A DNA stretch of 64,000 nucleotides from the NCBI GenBank assembly GCA_017536635.1, contig JAFXHA010000070.1:5826-69825 (forward strand), written 5' to 3'. The position numbers were made by a program, and so were the translations under genes. A model generated the notes under the pieces. That model saw only the letters and a program-made list of their open reading frames with translations. It did no database searches and had not been told where the DNA came from. Shown one piece after another: positions 29,620 through 37,800 of the stretch. The stretch's first letter is position 1. Each line of letters begins with the position of its first letter. Source of the DNA: Clostridia bacterium (GTDB lineage Bacteria; Bacillota; Clostridia; Oscillospirales; CAG-272).

Positions 29620-30936
29620 ATGACTTCGGGCGGAAATATTGACGTTAACTATAAAAACAAAAAAAGGTACAATAACGCAAAGTATCCGATTCGTCAGCCT
29701 CTGTTTTTTGTGTGGCTGATCTGGGTGCTTTCGAAAATTATGCTGATCGGCAAGAAATACAAGGTCGAAAAGATCAATATGGAAGGGCTCAAACCACCGT
29801 ATATGGTGCTTTCGAATCATATGCATTTCATAGACTTTGAGCTTGCCGCGATGGCGACCTATCCTCATCGCGTGAATAACGTTGTGGCGCTCGACGGCTT
29901 CCACGGACGCCCTTGGCTTATGGAGCTTATCGGATGCATCGGCACACGTAAATTCACGTCGGATTTTTCTCTTGTAAAGTCTATATATAAGGTCCTGCGC
30001 CGCGGAGACGTGCTTTGTATGTATCCCGAGGCACGCTACTCACCCTGCGGAATAACCTCGTATATGCCCGATTCGCTCGGTATGCTTGTCAAGCGATGTA
30101 AGGTTCCTGTCGTTGCGATAGTTCACAGAGGAAATTATCTGCACACGCCCTTCTGGAATTTCAGAAAAAAGCGTAAGGTGCCGTTTCATACCACGGCTAC
30201 GAAGATACTCACTGCCGAGGAGATCGCAAATATGTCGGCGGACGAGATCAACACGGCGATAAGAGAGGTGCTGACATACGACGAGTATGCGTATCAGAAG
30301 GAAAACGGTATTCTCATAACGGAAAAATACCGCGCCGAAGGTCTGCACAAGATACTGTATCAGTGTCCGCACTGTCTTGCCGAGTCAAAAATGTCGTCGC
30401 AGGGCGCGCAGATCTTTTGTACGGAGTGCGGAAAGCATTGGACACTCGGAGAGGACGGAACGCTCAGCGCAAACGAGGGCGAGACCGAATTCGAGAGAAT
30501 TCCCGATTGGTTCCTTTGGGAGCGCGAGCAGGTAAAGGCGCAGATAGAGCGCGGAGAATACTCGTTTGAGGACGAGGTGGACGTATATTCTCAGCCACGA
30601 TGCTGGAAATTCGATCATCTTGGAAAGGCGAAGATATCTCACGACGCCGAGCTCGGATTTTTGCTTGAGGGTGAATATAGAGGGGAGATCTACCGAATAC
30701 ACCGCGCACCGCTGGATATCAACAGCCTGCACGTTGAGTACGATTGGTGTCGCGTAAAGCCCTTTGATTGCTTTGATATATCAACAGAGAATGATTCGTT
30801 CTTCTGCTATCCCACACAGCAGAATGTCATCACCAAGCTCGGCTTTGCAACCGAGATAATATATGAAAGAAGCGCGGCTCAGCTAAAGCAGAGCAGATCG
30901 GATAAAAAGAGAACGGCAAGCGCGGCAAAGGAATAA
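29620..30936 (+). CDS. Lysophospholipid/glycerol-3-phosphate acyltransferase family protein with C-terminal zinc-ribbon-containing extension
   Basis: 438 aa with the H(X)4D acyltransferase motif NHMHFIDF, a later CPHC...CTEC ribbon, and RBS aaggag. Confidence 0.7.
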   Translation: MTSGGNIDVNYKNKKRYNNAKYPIRQPLFFVWLIWVLSKIMLIGKKYKVEKINMEGLKPPYMVLSNHMHFIDFELAAMATYPHRVNNVVALDGFHGRPWLMELIGCIGTRKFTSDFSLVKSIYKVLRRGDVLCMYPEARYSPCGITSYMPDSLGMLVKRCKVPVVAIVHRGNYLHTPFWNFRKKRKVPFHTTATKILTAEEIANMSADEINTAIREVLTYDEYAYQKENGILITEKYRAEGLHKILYQCPHCLAESKMSSQGAQIFCTECGKHWTLGEDGTLSANEGETEFERIPDWFLWEREQVKAQIERGEYSFEDEVDVYSQPRCWKFDHLGKAKISHDAELGFLLEGEYRGEIYRIHRAPLDINSLHVEYDWCRVKPFDCFDISTENDSFFCYPTQQNVITKLGFATEIIYERSAAQLKQSRSDKKRTASAAKE

Positions 30937-30937
30937 G

Positions 30938-30973
30938 AAAAACGCACCGCAAGTAATCTTGCGGTGCGTTTTT
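30938..30973. terminator. Bidirectional terminator between the acyltransferase gene and sigK
   Basis: aaaaacgcaccgcaag-taat-cttgcggtgcgttttt. Confidence 0.75.
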
Positions 30974-31649
30974 ATAGTGCTGCGCGGAGCTTTTCAAGCG
31001 CGGTCTTTTCGATTCGGCTGACGTATGAGCGGGAAATTTTGAGGCTTTCGGCAACCTCGCGTTGAGTGAGTGCCTTTTTGCCCGCGAGACCGTAGCGAAG
31101 CAGTATTATCTGCCTTTCTCGCGGAGAAAGAATTGTGTTTACGAGGCGCATAGCCTTTGCCGATGAGATCTTTCGCTCGATCTCTGTCTCGATCGATTCG
31201 TCGCTGCTGATGACGTCTATGTAGGTTAATGGGTTGCCGTTGTGATCGACGTCGATCGTGTCGTCAAGCGATACCTCGGCGGAAAATTTCTTTTTTGCGC
31301 GCATGCTCATCAGTATCTCGTTCTGAATGCAGCGCGCCGCGTAGGTCGCGAATTTCGTTCCCGTTTCCACCTTGAAGCTGTCGACCGCCTTTACGAGTCC
31401 GAGCGTGCCGATAGATACGAGATCCTCGCTGTTTTTTGCCGTTGAATAATATTTGCGCACGATGTGCGAGACAAGACGCAGATTGTGCAGTATCAGCTTT
31501 TGTCGGGCGTCCTCGTCGCCTGCTTCCTTTTTTATAAAGCAATCCTTTTCTTCTTCGGCAGACAGCGGCGGCGGAAAGCTCTGCGGTGTGTTGATGCCGA
31601 GTATCAGATGAATGAAATTGGTGAGTATGGCAATAAGAGCGGCAAGCAT
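30972..31649 (-). CDS. sigK: Sporulation sigma factor, pro-sigma-K-like
   Basis: Start set at the ATG at 31649, with RBS aaggagg 7 nt upstream. A short hydrophobic pro-sequence is followed by FPPPLS. The blocks HNLRLVSHIVRKY, ATYAARCIQNEILM and ISRSYVSRIEK match SigK better than SigE from my memory of the B. subtilis proteins. A CATACTAT sporulation-type -10 lies upstream. Confidence 0.65.
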   Translation of the reverse strand: MLAALIAILTNFIHLILGINTPQSFPPPLSAEEEKDCFIKKEAGDEDARQKLILHNLRLVSHIVRKYYSTAKNSEDLVSIGTLGLVKAVDSFKVETGTKFATYAARCIQNEILMSMRAKKKFSAEVSLDDTIDVDHNGNPLTYIDVISSDESIETEIERKISSAKAMRLVNTILSPRERQIILLRYGLAGKKALTQREVAESLKISRSYVSRIEKTALEKLRAAL

Positions 31650-31731
31650 AGTATCCTCCTTAAAACGTTTGTGATAAATAGTATGCCGCAAAAGTCAAAT
31701 AAATCCGTGTTGTCGGGGAGTTTAAAAAATG

Positions 31732-31760
31732 TTGACAAATCTTGCCTTTCGTGTTATAAT
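31732..31760 (+). promoter_or_regulatory. Perfect sigma-A consensus promoter (TTGACA-17-TATAAT), divergent from sigK
   Basis: ttgaca at 31732-31737, an exactly 17-nt spacer, and tataat at 31755-31760. Confidence 0.7.
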
Positions 31761-31766
31761 AAAAAT

Positions 31767-31853
31767 ACAGAAGAAATCCCGACAACACGCTTGCCGAGAA
31801 AAATAAAAAATCAACGCACAGAGTTGTCGCAAGGGATACTCTGTGCGTTTTTG
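31767..31853 (+). ncRNA. Candidate small RNA / orphan leader (consensus promoter to intrinsic terminator, about 85 nt)
   Basis: The predicted TSS is about 31767. The terminator is acgcacagag-(15-nt loop)-ctctgtgcgt plus ttttt at 31814-31852. No ORF with an RBS lies in between. This call is purely structural. Confidence 0.35.
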
Positions 31854-32138
31854 CATCCTGTAATAAGACCGCGTCCGATGATACGTCCGATACGATGGAC
31901 GCCGAAACCTCGGACGAAGAAACAACTGCACAAACGTTAGCAGAAGCTACGGCTGCTACTTGGCTAAGATGTACCTATGATTTAAAAGAATAATAATTAT
32001 AACAGAGCGTAATCTAAATGATGCGCTCTTTTTTATGTTACGAACGACATTATAGGGACATTAGCAACAAATACAACGATGCTTGTTTGTGCAAAGTTCT
32101 AAAAATTGGTTTCTTTTGTGAAAAATATCCAAAAAGTC

Positions 32139-32167
32139 TTGACATTTTTTTTTTTTTTTGTTAAAAT
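32139..32167 (+). promoter_or_regulatory. Promoter TTGACA-17-TAAAAT whose spacer is a T15 homopolymer
   Basis: ttgaca at 32139-32144, t(15) at 32145-32159, then g t, then taaaat at 32162-32167. It lies 100 nt upstream of the TetR start. Confidence 0.65.
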
Positions 32168-32266
32168 GACGATAATGCCTATTATAAACAAGTGCCATCT
32201 CTTAGGCAGACGCTTGTTTGTTTTGGAATTTCAATAATCCGATAGTTTTGTAGAAGGAGCTCGGCA

Positions 32267-32875
32267 ATGCAGCGCGAACAAGAAATTCGAGAAATCCTTA
32301 TAAACAACACCATACATCTTATCGCTGAAGGCGGGTTTGAAAAGGCAACCACTCACGCTATCGCGTTTAGCGGAGTACAACCGTCAACTTTCAAAATGAA
32401 CGAAGTATATATTTATCGTTTTTTTGGTGGCAAAGAAAAGCTGTATGCTGCGGCATTTGCAAAATTGGACACCGAGATCCATTTGGCTTTATGTGGCTAT
32501 ACCGATTTTCGTCCGTATCCCGAGCAAGATGTCAAATCGCAATTATACGAGGCTTTTTTGAAGACGTGGGGCTACATATTAACTAATGAAGCTTACTGCC
32601 GATGCTACGCTCGGTATTATTATTCGGTGTATTTCAAGGACGAGTCATTCCAAACTCACAACCGTCTCTTTGATGGAATTGTTGAAAGGTTTGCCCCTCT
32701 CTTCAAGGAAGGTACAGACGTAAAATTTATTATGCACGGTGTATTTACCACCATGATTGATTATGCCGTTTGGGTGCATAACGGAGATTTTAAAAACACA
32801 GCAAACACTACCGAGCATGTTTTTAACGTTACTTACGGAATGATGGCAACGTTTTTAAAAGATGCAAAAATATAA
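32267..32875 (+). CDS. TetR/AcrR family transcriptional regulator
   Basis: 202 aa with an N-terminal HTH pattern (IREILINNTIHLIAEGGFEKATTHAIAFSGV...IYRFFGGKEKLY). RBS gaaggag. Confidence 0.7.
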   Translation: MQREQEIREILINNTIHLIAEGGFEKATTHAIAFSGVQPSTFKMNEVYIYRFFGGKEKLYAAAFAKLDTEIHLALCGYTDFRPYPEQDVKSQLYEAFLKTWGYILTNEAYCRCYARYYYSVYFKDESFQTHNRLFDGIVERFAPLFKEGTDVKFIMHGVFTTMIDYAVWVHNGDFKNTANTTEHVFNVTYGMMATFLKDAKI

Positions 32876-33103
32876 AACTACATACTAGGCTATGACTTGA
32901 AAATAATATTTTTACAGAACGCATGAGCGTTACTGTTGGTGTGCCACCGATACGGTAGGCACTTATTATATGTTTATACATCTTTTCTTGCTATAAATTT
33001 TCTGAACATTCAGATATTAAATAATGATTTTAACTCGAATGCTTGAACATAAATTGCAAATGTTGTTTTCAGAGGGAGTCGAAATTGAAAGGAGATTTTT
33101 CAT

Positions 33104-34774
33104 ATGAAAATGAAAAACGCAAAACGAATATTGGCAGTATTTTTGACGCTGCTTATGATACTGCCGTCCGCGGCACTTGTAGGATGCAGCAAGCGCTATT
33201 TGAGCAATGAAGATATGCCTACGGCTAACTCCCAGAGCAACAATGCTTTTGATGCCGAGTATGTAACTCCGGTTGAAGTCGAGGAAGACGAAATTACCTC
33301 GGACGCTGAAAAAGAGGAAGCCGAAAGCGCAAAGGAAACCGTTGCGGCTGAAAATAACAATCAGTCGAACCTTTCGGATGCGTTGGCAGGAGGTGTTGCG
33401 GCTGACCCCGATCCTACTATCAGCTTGTCTGAGCTTAGCCAGTATAAAATCATATATTACAATTCCGCTTACGCAAAGCTTTGTGCCGAGAAGGTGCAGA
33501 CCGCTATCAAGGATGCTACGGGTATTGAGCTTGCATTAGGAGTTGATGCCGAGACGGCCGTATCAACCAAAGAGATCCTCGTCGGTAAGACTAACAGAGA
33601 CGAGAGTATTGCCGTAAGATCGGACTATTCCCGTCATAACGTTTACTACGATATCAAGGTCGTCGGAACAAAGCTGGTCATTATGGCAGAGGGCTACAAA
33701 ACTCTTGAATACGTGACCAAAGAGTTTGAGCAGTATATGGCAAAATCCCAGCCCTTTGTTGGATCTGTTATCTCGGGAGACATCTCTGCAGCTATCGATA
33801 TTGTCGGAACGAGTATGTTTAACCGCGCAAGCGGGACCAGCCTTCGCGTGTTCCACTGGAACGTTGGCGCTCCGCTTCTGGCGCTTACTCCGGGAATACT
33901 TAACGTAACCGATATTCCGAGTAATACGCACCGCGGAGAAGTCGTCGCTGACATAATTCTTCAGCTTGATCCCGATATTATAACCACGAACGAGATATAT
34001 TACGGCCATGCATCAGGTAAGTTCTATGATGCGTTTATTACTGAGATCTCCGAGTTTTATAACATTCTCGACAATGATTATTATGCTTCGGCATCGTCTT
34101 CGGTATGTTCTTCTTCTTCCGGATATGAAACGGGATATCCCACAAAATATCCTAATCCTGTCGTAGGCGCGTATAAGAGCGGTGAAATATCGATTCCCGA
34201 AAACATACTTTATAAAAAGAGTCTTGGACTTACCGTTACCTATTCCGGTTGGAGATATCTTGATGAGGATACGGGAACTGTAACCACCAATAACCCTTCC
34301 GGTGCAGTATATTTCCACGGATATCACACGGCAGTATTTAAGACCTCGGCAGGCAAGAGCTTTATTATCTCTGTCGGCCATTACGGCTCGGCAAAAACGG
34401 ACAACAAATTTGCCGCTGATCACTATACCGCTATTTCTTATGCGGCAAACAAGGCGGGCGTTACGCTTTCTTCCACACCCACGATAGTTACGGGAGATAT
34501 GTTTACCTGGAATGCAACGAATTGTAACGCAGGTTATAATTATTGGAGCTCTACGAAGGGATTTAACGATTCCCAGCTCAAAGCCAAAACAAACGCCAAC
34601 GGCAATACGACTCACGGCACCTTCCATACGGCGGGCGTCAGAAAGCCCGGCGTTAGCGAAGACTTTGTATGGTATAAGAATTTTACGTCAGCTCTTTGCT
34701 TTAAAGTTTTGGTTTCTATGGAGATCGACGATTGCAGCGACCATTATCCCGTTATGTCGGATCTTAAGTTTTAA
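33104..34774 (+). CDS. Secreted lipoprotein with C-terminal endonuclease/exonuclease/phosphatase (EEP) domain
   Basis: 556 aa with lipobox ALVGCSK and an acidic linker. EEP landmarks are LRVFHWNVG, IITTNEIY and a terminal DCSDHYPVMSDLKF. RBS aaaggaga. Confidence 0.7.
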   Translation: MKMKNAKRILAVFLTLLMILPSAALVGCSKRYLSNEDMPTANSQSNNAFDAEYVTPVEVEEDEITSDAEKEEAESAKETVAAENNNQSNLSDALAGGVAADPDPTISLSELSQYKIIYYNSAYAKLCAEKVQTAIKDATGIELALGVDAETAVSTKEILVGKTNRDESIAVRSDYSRHNVYYDIKVVGTKLVIMAEGYKTLEYVTKEFEQYMAKSQPFVGSVISGDISAAIDIVGTSMFNRASGTSLRVFHWNVGAPLLALTPGILNVTDIPSNTHRGEVVADIILQLDPDIITTNEIYYGHASGKFYDAFITEISEFYNILDNDYYASASSSVCSSSSGYETGYPTKYPNPVVGAYKSGEISIPENILYKKSLGLTVTYSGWRYLDEDTGTVTTNNPSGAVYFHGYHTAVFKTSAGKSFIISVGHYGSAKTDNKFAADHYTAISYAANKAGVTLSSTPTIVTGDMFTWNATNCNAGYNYWSSTKGFNDSQLKAKTNANGNTTHGTFHTAGVRKPGVSEDFVWYKNFTSALCFKVLVSMEIDDCSDHYPVMSDLKF

Positions 34775-34846
34775 CCTTAGTTGGCTATTATATTGGATCA
34801 AAGTAATTATGACGGCTACACGAGCCAAATTGAAAGGAGAGCTTTT

Positions 34847-37800
34847 ATGAAAATGAAAGCTTTAAAAAGAATACTGTCAATGCTTATGACGGTGTTGATG
34901 CTTGCGGGAACGTTTTCGATGATGTTTACTCACGTCGAAGCAGCCGATACGCAGGTCACTTCACCTAAAACATATAGTAGCGCCGCAAACGGTGATAAGC
35001 TTCTGGACGTTGACTTTACTCAACATTTTACGGCAGTTGACGACACCTCTACCGCTTTTACAACTAACGGTACAAAGTATAATTCAAGCGGAACTGCGGT
35101 CAGTACCGCTACAAATGCTTGGAGAAAGAGCCTTGTTGCTTCTCCTTCGGTAGCTACTTCCAACGAGCTTAAGATAGAGTATGCTGACACTACTACCGAT
35201 GCGACAGACCACAGATACATCGGCTACATTCCCGCATACGATCTTGATAACAAAACCGTAACTATGGAATTTGAGTATTTCCGTTCAAGCGGTATAAAGT
35301 CCAAATTCTACTTTGGTAAGGGTTCTTTTATATATGGCACGGACACAGATGATATCGTAAGTGGTGGAACAGATGCCGATATGCCCAACCTTGGTCTCGA
35401 GGTCAAAGCCGGTACTGCCGGATACCGACTTATGAGACAGAGTGCCGCAATAACGGCAGGCGTAACTACGGCAAAGTCCGGCATCGTTACCTCTAACGGC
35501 GAGCAGAGTACAACGTTTAAGGTCATACTTAAGGGCGGTACCAAGGTTACCAAGACCTTGTATGAGGGAAAAGAATGTCAAACAGCCAACGTTGAAAGAT
35601 GGACCGGATCGATCATTCCCGTATCCTACGCGATAGTTGAGATTACTTCAAGCGGCAGCGTTATAAACGTTGTCAGTGGTACTTTCTATCAGCCCTCGGG
35701 TATCGGCATAGTATTCGGTATAGGTGAGTACGATGCATTGGCATCGGGCGCGTATTACGGTGTCAGAAATCTTGCTATTTACAAGGGATGTACTACCTGC
35801 GTGGATGCGGATAAGGATCATTCGTGTGATTTCTGCTCCAAAGCGGTGGGAACTCACCTTGAACCCGCAAATTCGCACACCTGTGCGTATTGCGGCAAGG
35901 CGGCAGGCACCTGCTTTGATGCCGATCCCGTAGATCACAAGTGTGATAAGTGCGGAGCGGCATACGGTACTCACACTATTGCTACCGGCAAGCACGTCTG
36001 CGCACATTGTGGAAAGACACATTACGTTGATTGGACATCTACACATACGACAGATGACACTGCCAATATTTTTTCGGCTACTACAGATACAATAACATGT
36101 AATAGCAAAGCTAATGACGATATTTATTACAGAGTGGATTCTTTAGCGAGCTATACTATTCCGGGTAACGTGTATGAAGTCGATTACTGGATAGAGCAGA
36201 CGAGCTTTAGTTACCGTATCGGTTTCCAGCCTGTAAGCGCTCCCAGCGTAACGGGTAGCGGAACTACAGTACGAATAGGTTGGACGACGTGTGTCGTTGG
36301 GAAAAATCCTACCCCGTCTAATAATGATTATATGTGCCTGTTAGAAAACGGCTCTTTGAAAAATACATCACAAGCTGTAGAGGCACCTCGTGATATTGAC
36401 ACGAGTAATAATAATCGTCAGCATTTTAAAATAAAGGTTGACGGTATCAACAACAACATGACGCTTTATGTCAAGTATAATGGGGAATTTGTTGAGGCTG
36501 ATAGTGTTGCCGTGGACTTCTCAAATAGTACGGCTAAGTATTTAAGACCCACTTTCTTCATATATGATGCTATTCCTTCGGGAGAGAAGGTAACGATCGG
36601 CGGAGTTACAGTAACGAAGCTTTGCGTTGATACTAACAGCGACCATATTTGCGATTATGACGGATGCGGCGGAAAGGTCGGCGAATGCTCTGATTCGGAC
36701 ACCGATAGCGATCATATTTGCGATCTTGGCTGCGGAAGCGTTGCATCCGATTGCTATGACGGTTCTGTAATCGATCACAAGTGTGAGCTCTGCGGCGCCA
36801 AGATTCGCTCGCTTTGCGACGACGGTTCTACCGTTGACCACAAGTGTGACGTGTGCGGAACGAGAATGATCTCCGAATGTGTTGACAATAAGAAGGCAAA
36901 CGGCAGCGCAGGCAAGGATCACCTTTGTGATGTTTGCGGCGTTGCGATCGGATCTCTTCTTGACCTTACCGGAGTTAGCACTATCTCGGGCTATGCTTCG
37001 CAGGCAGGCACCCTCGTTGACAGCGGCCTCGGATATATCAAGATTTACAATAAGACTATCGCAAACGGCGATATGTACGGTAAGGATACCGGCAAGCTCA
37101 TTAAAAATCATAAATATGAGATAACTTATACCATTAACAAGGGAGTAGCTAATCAATCCCGAATAACGATGAACTTCCTTTACGGCTCGTATCTGAGAAG
37201 TGACGGCGTTACGAGAGCGGGACAGCTCGGTTGGGTTATTGGAACCGACGGCAGGATATCGAAAGCCTCGGGTTACGCTATCAATGAAGAATCAAACGGT
37301 AACTACGATTGGAAGATCGTTGACCGTGATATAGATACGTCAAGCGATAACGAGCAGCAGTTCAAGGTAGTTATCGACGGCTTTGGATGTCAGCTCTTGC
37401 TCTACGTTATGAAGAATGGTGAATGGGTAGAGTGTGAGGACCTTTCGATTCCGTTTACTATTGCGGACAATGCTACGTTGATTCCTGGATTCGGAACTTA
37501 CGATGCCGTTACCGGAGACAATTATATCAGGATGAGTGACGTAACTCTCCACGAGCTCTGCGGCTACAACGATAGCCATATCTGTACCGTGTGCGGAGCG
37601 AAGGTGAGCTCGTACGTTGATTTCAGAACCGAAAGAGATGATTGGGCATACGAGAACTGGAGCACAGAGATTGTAGAAAGAGAGAGCGGCTCCATTAAGG
37701 TATCCAATAAGGATACAGCCGGCGGCGGTTTTTACGGTATAAAGACCAATTATGAAGTACCCGGAAACGTATATGAGATAACCTATACGGTAAAGATTCC

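Noticed and set aside
30972-31649. Assignment as SigE instead of SigK.
   Set aside because: Region 2.x and 4.2 blocks (HNLRLV.HIV.K, ATYAARCI.NEILM, ISRSYVSRIEK) and the short pro-sequence match my recollection of SigK better than SigE (ERNLRLVVYIARKF, ISQSYISRLEK, longer pro-sequence). I kept SigK at moderate confidence.
31895-31993. 32-codon ORF (MDAETSDEETTAQTLAEATAATWLRCTYDLKE) and an overlapping basic 21-codon ORF in the sigK-tetR intergenic region.
   Set aside because: There is no Shine-Dalgarno sequence within 15 nt of either ATG, and I cannot assess conservation. I am not confident enough to call a small protein.
32161-32266. Inverted repeat aaacaagtgcc...ggcagacgcttgttt followed by gtttt in the tetR 5' UTR, as a possible attenuator.
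   Set aside because: The stem is interrupted, the T-run is short, and I have no supporting alternative structure or conservation. It is too weak to report as a feature.
34781-34846. Upstream-extended starts given by the ORF track: TTG 34781 for the giant, 23794 for the TIM barrel, 20218 for aspS, 31691 for sigK, 44405, 55413, 55550, 60166, 62196 and 62893.
   Set aside because: In each case an internal ATG is preceded at 5-9 nt by a GGAGG-like RBS and yields a sensible N-terminus (signal peptide, Rossmann start or HTH). The extensions lack an RBS, use TTG, or overlap promoters and terminators.
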